Positions 52,901-64,000 of a DNA stretch of 64,000 nucleotides are shown in pieces. Below the pieces are notes generated by a model, which did not search any database, was not told the DNA's origin, and was given only the letters and a program-made list of their open reading frames with translations. The stretch comes from Tubulanus polymorphus (lineage: Eukaryota; Animalia; Nemertea), in contig NC_134033.1 of NCBI RefSeq assembly GCF_964204645.1, positions 7,014,655-7,078,654 on the forward strand, written 5' to 3'. The translations under genes were made by a program, and so were the position numbers. Positions within the stretch are counted from its first letter, which is position 1; each line of letters opens with the position of its first letter.

Positions 52901-54066
52901 TGCGGTCAGTCGGGCAATTAATCTCGAGGTTGTTAGAGATTTAGGCACTGGTAGTTTCATCGTGGCATTCATTAGATTCGCAGCTCGTAGTTCTCTTCCA
53001 TACAAAATGATATCTGACAATGCAAGCACATTTTATGCAGCCAGAGACGAGTTGAAAGCTATATTCGATTCCCTGAGAGAATACTTGGCCATTCAGGGAG
53101 TCCAGTGGAAGTTTATCGTAAAACGTGCCTCTTGGCATGGGGGTTTTTACGAACGATTTATAGGTTTGACTAAAAGTGTTTTAGGTCGCGCCAGGGTAGC
53201 ATTGGATGAATTCCGTACCCATAGTGACTGAAGCAGAGGCTACCATCAACGATCGACCTCTCACGTATCAGTCGTCAGATATTAGCGATTTGGAGCCGTT
53301 GACGCTTTCGCATCTTGTTTGCGGCCTGAAAATCACAACGCTGCCCTACCGTGTTAACGACGCTTCAGATCCGGAGTACGGGATTAATCAGGACATCGCT
53401 GTGGAACGGGCGAAGTTGTGCGCGTCTGTTATAAAGGAATTCAGAGAGCAATGGGCTAAGGAATATCTTGTGTCTTTGCAGGAAAGGTCTCTTCCCGGTC
53501 AATAGCCGTTTGCTAATGCTCAGAAAGGTGTTGTTATTATACATGGGAAAAGTGACAATGTTCCACGGTTAAAGTGGAAACTTGGGGTCATCACCGAGTT
53601 GCATGCTGGTCCGATAATATTGTGAGAAGTGCGACGGTTAAAACCGCAAATGGGATCACAAATCGCCCGCTTAGCAAATTACACCCCAGAAGTCATGGCG
53701 ACTAAAGACCTCTTCTTCGGCAAACCTACGGCAAAATTTTAAACTGTGCGAGCAAGACCGCCGAAGCGTGAAGCTGCGTTGGCAGCGAGACTTGCGATCG
53801 CTGATAATATCGGTAGTGAAAGTGAAAGTGACTCTTAAAATGTGTCTTGTTGATAATTTGACATTTTTCGTTTTGTCGTCGCCCCCGAGAATGTCGTAAA
53901 CTTGAATCGTTATAATTGATTTGTTTGGGTTCTCTGGTTTCGCGGGCGACAGCAAAGCATTACATGGTTCGTTGATTTTGTATGTTTGTACGGGGAAGTT
54001 ATAGCTAGATGAAATATAGCTGTGGATCTGAAAGCATACAGTTCTTGAGTTAATTACTTCACGACA
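49901..54066 (+). mobile_element. BEL/Pao LTR retrotransposon, RT deleted, frameshifted
   Basis: 175-bp LTRs (49901-50075, 53892-54066); PBS-like TTTTTGGTCCCTCGAA; gag (LPKITLSKF, WHSFWDSF), protease (MFDDGSQKTFI), RNase H (VFDPLG, FADAS, SKSRVAP, IPQLELMAA), integrase (SDNASTF, GGFYER); near-TSD AAGCT/AATCT. Confidence 0.92.
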
Positions 54067-54239
54067 AATCTATCATCTTCCACAAATATACATAAAACTC
54101 ACATACATTTTTTTTGTCTCAATGATGGAAGACAACTACGAAAATTCCTAGACTTCGATGTTCTTGTCTCAATGATGGAGCACAACTGCGAGAATTCCAA
54201 GACGTTCGATGTTCCAGTCTCAATGATGGAAGTCAACTC

Positions 54240-54637
54240 TGTCGTGTTGATAATTTGGCTTTTTTCGTTATGTCGTCGCCCCCGAGAATGTCGTAAACTT
54301 GAATCGTTATAATTGATTTGTTTGGGTTCTCTGGTTTCGCGGGCGACAGCAAAGCATTACATGGTTCGTTGATTTTGTATGTTTGTACGGGGAAGTTATA
54401 GCTGGATGAAATATAGCTGTGGATCTGAAAGCATACAGTTCTTGAGTTAATTACTTCACGACAAATCTATCATCTTCCACAAATATATATAAAACTCACA
54501 TACATTTTTTGTCTCAATGATGGAAGACAACTACGAAAATTCCTAGACTTCGATGTTCTTGTCTCAATGATGGAGCACAACTGCGAGAATTGCAAGACGT
54601 TCGATGTTCCAGTCTCAATGATGGAAGTCAACTGTGA
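54240..54637 (+). repeat. ~400-bp tandem duplication of the BEL 3' end, LTR (54289-54463) and flank
   Basis: 53843-54239 is repeated immediately downstream. Confidence 0.85.
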
Positions 54638-55059
54638 AAATTCCAGGCACTTCGGTAGAATGATTCATTTCGTTTGCAACGTTAAGGTTATGTTCGGCCC
54701 GTCGATTGTATCAAGTTCGACAGGAGTGGAAGTTTAAAGATCTGTGTATCAAGAAATCATACCAAAGTTAACTTATAAATTTTACAGTTATTTATAAATT
54801 TGTGACTATGCAGTTGAAAGGTCCATTGACTGTGGTAGAAACTTGAAAGTGAAAATTATTACCTTATAGATTATAAAGGGCAGATAAGAACATTTCATAT
54901 TAATATGCTAATAGAATATTGAGAGCGGGAGCACATTATTTGTTGTCCATCATTATGTTAACCCTATTGAGTTACAGTTGTTCGCTAAAATTATAATGGC
55001 ACAGCGGAATGCCAAGAAGGTGACTCATGTGACATTGAATTTCGTTCTTTGGAATCAAC

Positions 55060-55420
55060 AGAAACTTGGAAAGATGTTGACATTAATCCTGATTTAAGTT
55101 CAGATCAAAAACAGGAGTTGTGGAATTTACCTGAAGAATACAAAGAAGTATTCTCTGATTTGCCAGGTTAAACCGATTTTTTAGAAATGCATATCGAATT
55201 GGATGACGATATACCTTTCGTATCAAAACCTATCCCATTCTATTCGCCTTTGAAGAAAAGATGGATAATGAAGTTACTAAGATGAATAGAATGGGAGTTA
55301 TTAAGGACTCAGAGAGTTCGCAAGCCCTCCAATAGGAATAGGCAAACCCGATTTAGCGCTATGGTATTGTGTTGATTATCGTCGTCTAAATTCTCAAACC
55401 AAGTTCTTAGCAGAACAGTA
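55060..55420 (+). pseudogene. Gypsy/Ty3 pol fragment (start of RT)
   Basis: EEYKEVFSDLPG*TDFLEMHIEL...MGVIKDSES...YCVDYRRLNSQT. Confidence 0.7.
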
Positions 55421-56849
55421 TAGAAATTTGGACCGGACCTGGTTCAAATTTAGACCGGTCTAAATAACGCCGTCTGAACGCGCCTTAAGTTCAGACAGTT
55501 ATGTATCACTTGAATATACACGCTTTATTCGGTACACATCTACACGATCCAAAATGCCTTGTGGAAACTGTGTATTTCATGATAACTGGTTTCAGGTTCC
55601 AGACTCATTTATTGTTTTGTGTAAACAGTGAAAAGGTCAATATGAATTGGAACTAAGTTTAAAACCCACAATGTTCCAAATTTAAAAGATGAAATACAAA
55701 TTTAGACCTGTGATCTCCAGTGAGAGGTCGAAATGTTGTGTCATTTGATTTCAATTCTTGATTATTAGAATTTTTGTTTAATCTTAATGCAGTATACATA
55801 GTGGGTTTAAAACATATTAGACTATTCAGAGTGGAACTACTAAAATAAGAACTAATTATATCCCTTAATTATGTCTGCCTACTGTCATTGTACTCACAAA
55901 GACTTGTTTATCAAGTTATGCGTTTTGATTTCTCCAGTAGGGGCAAATGTAATTACAAAGGCCTTAGTTAGTTTCCTAATTTACTCAATTGGCAAGTTGA
56001 TGGAATAACTTTCAAATAGGCCTATAAGACGATGAACAGTTCTAACAGTTCTCTCAAGTCTATATGTAATCGTTATTAGGTAATAACTAAATTTTCCAGG
56101 CTAGTCTAGGAAGGTCTAGTAAGATATTATTTTCAGTAGGCCTATATTCTTCTGATAATTGTGTGTAGAGAGTGCTGTGGATGAAAATTAAGCGAAACTG
56201 GACCCCTCAAATTTTTAACAATACCCTTAAATACCCTAACATTGATTGTGTGGACAATAGTCTTTTTAGTATTGGTGCCTATGTATGCATATGCAAATAG
56301 TAGCTCCTGTCTTGAGTGAACATCAATATAAGTAAAAAGATTGCCAACCTCACATTCTTGTTGCTATGGCACCACACTGTTTTTGTAAAGATATGCCTAA
56401 AGCAGTCTATTTATTTGAAATGGTCGAAGTTTTGAGACCGGATGTCTCCAAAGTTCCATGTCCAATGTTTTATTTTATTAGAATTCCGTAATAACAAAGG
56501 TTATAATATCGAAGATTTTTTCCTGTCTTAACTCCTATCCTAATAGGAGTAAGGTTTATCTATCATGGCCCCTAAAATTCTGGAATTCGTTTTTTAGTGG
56601 TGATTTAAATATAATAATCTGGTATAGTTGTCTCTATCTATAGTTGTCTCGTCAACATCAAAACATCCAAACGGCTCCCTCAACGATGGCAAAAATTGCC
56701 CCAATCGACATATAAATGGGCATTAAGCAGAAAATTTTTCCCTTACTCAATTATTATAATAGATTGGGTCACTTACAAGAGCAAATTCTAATCATTATTC
56801 TATGAGACTATGTGGAAATTATTTTGTATCAATATTATTACCTTATAAG

Positions 56850-58560
56850 TTATAATGATATATATTGACGATGCGCAAGATAAAATGATGCGCAAGACAA
56901 TTTACTTGTATATGACATTAAATTCTTTCACTACTCAAAGTTATGATGATATATATTGACGACGCACAAGATAAAATGATGCGCAAGACAATTTACTTGT
57001 ATATGACATTAAGTTCTTTCACTAATAATAATAATAACAATAATAATAATAATAATAATAATAATAAAGGATCTTATATAGCGCTAAATCCGGCTAAGCT
57101 GCCCAAAGCGCTTTACAAATTATAAAATGCCTCCTTAAAAAGGAAGCATTTTAGCTGCTTCCTGAATCGATCTAATGATGTGATAGCACGAAGGCTAAGA
57201 GGAAGCTGGTTCCACAATTTTGAGGCGCTGTTGGAAAATGCCCGACTACCTGTAGATTGACTATGACACAAAGGGACAACTAGTAGAAACTGATTGGCTA
57301 ATCGAAGTGACGAAGTGCACTACTGAAGTTATGATGATATATATTGACGACGCACAAGATCAAATGATGCACAAGACAATTTACTTGTATATGACATTAA
57401 GTTCTTTCACTACTGAAGTTGTGATGCTATATATTGACGGCGCACAAGATAAAATGATAACACAGGACAGTTTTCTCGTATTTATACGTATATTGTGTAT
57501 CTTGTCTAACATTCAGTATATACGACTAACGCTGAATCCTATCTACATTATTTCTCTTTCACTTTTAGTATCAAACTTGGTTTAGCGCAAGGTTTATTCC
57601 TCCGCCCCCTGAGTATTTGCGACCCCTAGTTTCTTCTGATGAAATACATCATATTAACCAATCTCTATAAAACTTGCCCACCCTAATTTTATTTTGAAAA
57701 ATCTATTTAAGCTAGCTCTTCCCATTCTAGGAGTAATAACTTAAGAAATTCTGCGCCAGCTGCTGAAATACAGCCTATCATGCACAAGACAATTCACTTG
57801 TATATGACATTAAGTTCTTATTATGTTGGTACCTAGGCATATTTTATAACCATGATAAATCAATTGCAAAGTTGTAGCTCATGACATGTTCTATGATTGT
57901 GGTGAGTTTCAAGGTCATTGGGTTTCGCATATGGTCACAAGGGGGCGATGAACCCCTCGTTTAGTGGAGATATAAATATAATAATCTGCTGAGATTTGTA
58001 GTTGTCTCGTCAACATCCAAACGGCTCCCTCAACAATGGCAACAATTGCCCCAATCGACATATAAATGGGCAAGTAGCAGAACAGTTTCCCTTACTAAAT
58101 TATTATAATAGATTGGGTGACTTACGAGAGCAAATTCTAATCATTATTCTATGAGTTTATGTGAAAATGATTTTGTATCAATATTATTACCTAATTAGTA
58201 ATAATGATATATAACGATGCACAAGATAAAATGATGCACAAGACAATTTACTTGTATATGACATTAAGTTATTTCACTACTGAAGTTATGATGATATATA
58301 TTGACGACGCACAAGATAAAATGATGCACAAGACTCTTTACTTGTATATGACATTAAGTTCATTCACTACTGAAGTTATGATGATATAAATTGACGATGC
58401 GCAAGATAAAATGATGCACAGGACAATTTACTTGTATATGACATTAAGTTCCTTCACTACTGAAGTTAGGATGATATATATTGACGATGCGCAAGATAAA
58501 ATGATGCAACAGGATAATTTACTTGTATATGACATTAAGTTCTTTCACTATCGAAGTTAT
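56850..58560. repeat. ~90-bp minisatellite within a larger ~1.4-kb duplication
   Basis: Unit GAAGTTATGATGATATATATTGACGACGCACAAGATAAAATGATGCACAAGACAATTTACTTGTATATGACATTAAGTTCTTTCACTACT; ~56640-56850 is repeated at ~57998-58200. Confidence 0.9.
57023..57318 (-). mobile_element. 5'-truncated L2-type LINE 3' end inserted in the minisatellite
   Basis: Minus strand: TGTAAAGCGCTTTGGGCAGC...AGCGCTATATAAGATCC followed by (TTA)n tail; coding remnant GSRAFSNSASKLWNQLPLSLR. Confidence 0.75.
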
Positions 58561-60689
58561 GGCAGATTACACGGTTCACTGGCCCAATGTCTAACAATTG
58601 TTGGAAAAACTTTTGTTCAGTCATTTGCCATTTTCTTGTCCTCATGAATTTGATAACAATGTTAACTGAAGGCAAGATAACTGAAGGCAAGATGAATAAA
58701 CATGCTTTTCCAGAAAAAATTTTTGTTTTGATGTCAGTAGTCGGTTCTAGTTATTGAAATATGTACCTGTTTGACATGATTAAACTATAATACCTCCTTG
58801 AACCATTGAAGTGATATTTTAGCTAAAGGCATGTTTGAATGTGAACTATTAGTGCTATGAATTAACATTTTTGATAGCCATTGCTGATTTTGTGCAATGG
58901 GCCAATGAAAATTGTCCTGTAAAAAGACTGAAATGTACTGCGATTTTTTATCGTCACATCTAGATATGAAGCCAATGTCAATAAATGATGCATTTTTAGA
59001 CCATATGTCCTAGTCAGTCTCTCAAACAATAATAAAACCGTGCAATTCATAATCTAATGATTGAATAATAGCTTCCCAACTTAGCAACGCGAATGTATTT
59101 TTGACGGAAAGTGGAGCGAATGACTCAAGCATAAGCAACTTCAAAAGCAAATTAACAACGCAGAATTGTAGTTTTAAACGTATATTTGATATTCAATCAA
59201 GGACGCAGTCGATTGTTTTTACAGTCTTTGAAGTACTGGCCAATTGGATGTTACCATACAGTATTTTGAAGATGTGGTGACGGAGAGAATCTGTTTTTTA
59301 TTTCGTCTTGAGAAGGTCCTACTGTTCACTAGTCTGTGTCAAAATATGAATTGAAATATAAAGGATGGAGTTAGTTTCCTTTCCCGATACTGTATTTATG
59401 CTTTTAATCATGAAGGATAATTGTGTTATAGCAATTATAGTAATAACCTACCACAGTTTCAAATTCACGTATTAGAAAACTGCAATTATCTTTAAATTCC
59501 AAATTTCATTTGAAAAGCGACGTCTATGCGCACTATCCCTAAAATGTCAGAATTCCGAAAACTAGGGTTCCACACGGTTAGAATCTTAAGTAAATAAGTT
59601 TCGTCCGAGCAAATGTATCCTTTAAGAAACTAACAGCGAAACTTCACGGGTTGCTAAGGTCTATTAATATTGATGGCCCTGTAGGAACCCTTTAGTCAAT
59701 ATATTCTCAGTTCCTAAATTATCTTTAACAGTAGAGATGTACCGTGTTCATGATGCTTTGGACAAAATGACTAACATTCACAGTAACATTTATGTTGTTA
59801 AACTAAGCCTACTTACTTATTCAAGAATAAAAGGCAGTATTAGGCAATCTGACTTCTGTTCAATTAACTATTCAATCTTTTTTTTTATAGAAATGGAGAT
59901 AGAATATGGATATGGTCTATTTAATGGGTATTGGTACCCGGCATGTATGATTTTAAATTCCAACATTAAAAAACTCCAATTTAATGATGGTGTGGTGAAA
60001 AAGGTAATTACACATTCTTCGAAGTTGAATTTCATTCCATTACCACTGCCTTTACATGATATTAATGTTACTTGCCAAAATGTACTCTTGCGTATTTACA
60101 TGCTACATTGTGTTACTAAATTTAATGGAGCCAATGGCAAGTACATGTATTTGCAAGTTAGAACATTTGCCCCTTCACGTGCAACCATGTTTTTCTTGGA
60201 TTTTTAACAGATGAGAAAGAATAACTATGTCGCATGGCCAGTTTTGCCAGTTGGTTTGAGTGTCTGGAAAAATGACTATCCGTATGGAACCATAATAGAT
60301 AACCGCCTTGAAAGGTTTGGTAATTTGGTAGAGACCAATACGTGAATGCGAGAATGGTATGTGTATATTTATTTTCATTGGCCTAGGTCTCTAGCTGCAA
60401 TCACACAAGACTTTTTTGCCCGGAACAACTGTTCACATGAGTGCCAAATGGGAATGACGTGCCTGTTATGTTTGACCAAACATTTGATGATTCGTTTGAT
60501 AATTTTCGGATTTGGCAGCCTAACAATCAAGTTGAAATGACATCGAAAATGAACTGGTATCGCTACGTTTCATGTTTACAGGTGTTATCGAGGAGATGGT
60601 AAAGACCTCTTCTTCAGCAACAGTGACAAGTACACATTGGTACGTTGAAAAAGAGTAAAATAGTATAATCTCTGAGAATATTTCATGAG

Positions 60690-62340
60690 GAAATTTAGAT
60701 GTAAATCGTTTGAATAATAATAATGGTGTAATTATTTGTATTTTCATTTACAGGAAAAAAACAAACTCCCTTTGTCAAAAAGAGGTTTTTAGTTAATAAT
60801 TTGATACGGTCTTTAATTTACTCTTGACCTCAAATTCTATTGATTTTAGATTATCTTTTGTATCCCATAAAAGTATATGACTGAATATGAATGTTTGATG
60901 ATCTAAGGATCTGAGATCTCAAAAAAATATTATATAGAAGTGTGGTCAAGAGTTAAGTTATGCGTTTTTTGATTGCTTCTGTGTTTACGCCCTTTTTGAG
61001 ATTTTGCAGATTTTCAGAGAAAAAATGTTGAAAGACATAAGGACGAGTTCTATCAAATTCTTTCAAATTTCATTTTCATAGTGTACTCTTCGGATATTCT
61101 TATATTTATATTCAATGCTATTAATCTTTTACTTTTTTTCAGTGAGTACCTGGACAAATACTTCACCGATAGTGAAAAGGAAAAAAGTTGAGTCGCTGGT
61201 ACGAGGTGATGGGGGAATTACAGAACTTGAAAGTAATAGAAGCCGATAATTGTCAGGAACTACAAGGATCAGATGATCGAGAAAAAATGCATTGGTATGT
61301 TGAAAAAGAAAATGATAGTCGATTCAAGTATAATTATCTCTTTTTCCCTAAGAATATGTCACAAGTAAATTTTGATGTAAATCCTTTTTAGAATAATAAT
61401 GGTGTGATTATTTTTTTTTTCATTTACAGGAAAGAAACAAACTCCCTTTGTCAAAAAGAGGTTTTTCAATTTTTTTTAGTCAATTATTTGATATGGTCTT
61501 TATTTTACTCTTGACCTCAAATGCTATTGATTTTAGATTATCTTTTGTATCTAATCAAAATATATGATTGAATATGAATTTTTGATGATCTAAAGATCTG
61601 AAATTTCAAAAAAATATTCTATAGAAACGTGGTCAAGAGTTAAGTTATGCGTTATTTTGATTGCTTCTGTGTTTATGCCCTTTTTGAAATTTTGCAGATT
61701 TTCAGAGAAAAAAATGTTGAAAGACGTAAGGACGAGTTCTATCAAATTCTTTCAAATCTTGATAATGTACTTTTCTTTTATTCAATGTAAATAATCTTTA
61801 ATATTTATCTAGTGAGTACCACGACAACTGCGTCACCGATAGTGAAACGGAAAAAAAATTTAGATGCAGGTACGAGGTGATGGGGTTATGATAGAGGTCG
61901 AAAGTAATGTTGTCGATAACCAGGAATTGCACGAATCAGATGATGCAGATTATACCCCTGATACTGAAATGTTACAAGTACAATTATCTCTTTTTCCCTT
62001 AGAACATTCCATGGTAATTTAGTCTTTCGAATAATAATGGTATGATTATTTCAGTTTGAACAGGATGTCGCCGATGATAACCAGGAATTGCACTAATCAG
62101 ATGATGCAGATTATACCCCTGATAGTGAAATGTTACAAGTATAATTATCTCTTTTTCCCTGAGAATATTCCATGGTAATTTTGTTTTTCGAATAATAATG
62201 GTATGCGTATTTCAGTTTGAACAGGAGGTCGCCGATTATAACCGGGAAGTGCACGAATCAGATGATGCAGATTATACCCCTGATAATGAAAGCGAATATG
62301 ATTCAGATACTTCTGCAGAGATACCAAATTATGAATCCAA
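60690..62340 (+). repeat. Duplicated exon/intron blocks (~0.67-kb and ~0.14-0.17-kb units) encoding acidic peptide repeats
   Basis: 60710-61280 resembles 61390-61945; QELHESDDADYTPD-like unit occurs three times in 61920-62290. Confidence 0.7.
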
Positions 62341-62519
62341 TCAGTTGAAGCAAGATAAATTACAAACCGAACTAATCGCGATGTGGAAGGTCCTAGTGGA
62401 AATTTTGATATTGCATATAGATTACAGTTAAGATCGGGTGAGTAACATGATTGATGGTCGGTGATTTTAAAAATCAAGTTTTAGTTCATTTTTATACGTA
62501 CAGTTTTTTTTTCTTTTAG

Positions 62520-63739
62520 TAACCATACCATACTAACCAATAATAATGGTAAGCGAAATTGTAGCAAGCATGATTACTGTCTTTTCTGCGGAAATTGTTA
62601 CAAATCCCGTATCATCGAACACATCAAATCAGTCCACTACGATAACCCAAGAGTGCAAAAGATGATGTTACTTCTTTTGGACTCGCTCGAGAGAAAGAAA
62701 GCTCAGAAACTTATTCAGAATGTAGGAAATTATAAGCATAACATAGAGGTGAGGATTCAAATGAGCCTAATAATGAGGGTTTTGGTTAAAAATTCAATTC
62801 TCAATCTTAGGTAAATTCAATTTCTGTTTGAAATACAGTAGAATCCTTAATATTCCATGGTACAGGCCGCTCCTGGGTGAATGTCTGAAATCAAATGCTG
62901 TATATCGGTAAATTTGAATTGGTCAGTGGTGGTCGATTTATGACTTTGCAATGGTGAGTCCTTTTTAAGTCTGATACTAAATTCGGTATATCATTCCCAT
63001 ATTCGGGAAGTTTGAATTGGTCAGTGATGGTCAGTTTATTAATTTTTCCAAAAAATTTGTGCTTTCAATAGAACATCGATCAGTGATTGGTTGACTTGGC
63101 TTACTTATCACAACTGCACAATTTAAAATGAGTTGACATATTATGGCTGCTGACTAGCTTTATCTTCCGATGACTGTCATCATAAAGCAATTCTGTTGTT
63201 TTAGTAACAATAAAAACCGATAAAGATCTTAATAGATCCACAAAAAGTTGATGTTTTAGGATCGCAACTATAAGGGCATCTCAATGATTGAAGTTGTTAT
63301 AATCGCACCCACCTAGTATCATTAGTGAACTTTGAATTGTCACGACCTTATATATGATTAAATTTCTAAACTTTTTAAAGTAAACAAGAGAAGAGTTAGT
63401 GAATTGGTTATTGCTCGCCGTCCGACTAACAGGAAATATGTTGCATCAGGTTATTTACCATGTGAATATTATCTTGCGTTTTTGATGAAGGATTCATTAT
63501 GGCAACATCTCTATGATTGTTTATTTCGGCCTCAGAATGAAAAACCCCCGATTCGTAATGCTGTACGAAATGGCAGAACCCATCTCCCGCATCTAAAACG
63601 AGGGGATGAACGCGAACAAAGTTTGGAAGAATTCTTCGGCGGTATGAAAGAGACGGCGGCGAATCCAGGGCTTGTCGCTATCTGCAGAAGTGATGAAAAG
63701 CTTTTGCATCAGACTTAATCGACCGAATGGGTCCGAAGG
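62520..63739 (+). pseudogene. Spliced zinc-finger gene of a probable TE-borne family, interrupted at 63740
   Basis: Exon HDYCLFCGNCYKSRIIEHIKSVH...ERKKAQKLIQNVGNYKHNIE; later exon ELVIARRP...YLPCEYYLAFLMKDSLWQHLYDC. Confidence 0.55.
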
Positions 63740-64000
63740 AGTAATAGGGATAAAAGGCTTTCAAGCCAAAGGTCGAACGGTCGAGCTCAAAACAAAACAT
63801 TAAAAGTAATTTAAAACTATAATATATTTTCATAACCGTGTGTATTTTATATTATAACTAAATATTTATTCTAAGATATCAATAATTTAAAAAGCATATT
63901 GTATTAAATCAATTGGTCGCTCCACTTCGCTACCGCTCCGCTCCGCGACCAATTGATTTATTTACAATACACAAATTCATGTAATCAAATATATTTTAAT
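63740..64000 (+). mobile_element. Left terminus of another Polinton-type element, running off the window
   Basis: AGTAATAGGGATAAAAGGCTTTCAAGCCAAAGGTCGAACGGTCGAGCTCA resembles the satellite TIR; abrupt switch to AT-rich DNA; 16-bp-stem hairpin at 63905-63960. Confidence 0.75.

Noticed and set aside
56943-57125. Poly-Asn protein
   Set aside because: It is the (AAT)n tail of an antisense L2 fragment.
56850-58560. CRISPR array or repeat-protein gene (MMIYIDDAQDK ORFs)
   Set aside because: Plain 90-bp minisatellite with no spacers; ORFs follow from the unit length and are broken by stops.

Overview
AT-rich, transposon-dense eukaryotic DNA (spliceosomal GT-AG introns, LINE, BEL, Gypsy, MULE and CACTA-like elements; most likely an invertebrate animal). 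No intact host housekeeping gene is visible. The dominant feature is a cluster of Polinton/Maverick (adintovirus-like) endogenous viral elements. (1) A decayed ~16.4 kb element at 20300-36684 with AGTA...TACT terminal inverted repeats encodes protein-primed PolB, probable minor and major capsid proteins, an rve integrase and several membrane proteins. (2) A diverged partial sister copy at 722-~6040 keeps the packaging ATPase and the integrase chromodomain. (3) A 2.6 kb non-autonomous 'satellite' with the same type of ends and a perfect 6-bp TSD is nested in (1) at 21341-23951. (4) A further terminus starts at 63740. The most striking observation is that the Polinton PolB is interrupted at catalytic motif C (YFD|SVTADTP) by an intein with a VDVTEDHSL block B and a LAGLIDADG-like motif (GFFMGDG), resembling giant-virus Pol-c inteins. 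Most of the element's genes also start in a T-run + TAAATG context that recalls poxvirus-type late promoters. Together these suggest, by inference, a virophage-like relationship with a large cytoplasmic DNA virus. Right of the element lie a spliced USP-peptidase fragment followed by a MULE transposase, a CR1-group LINE, an RT-deleted BEL/Pao element, minisatellites and a spliced zinc-finger TE-like gene. All calls come from reading and manual translation; no database searches were run.
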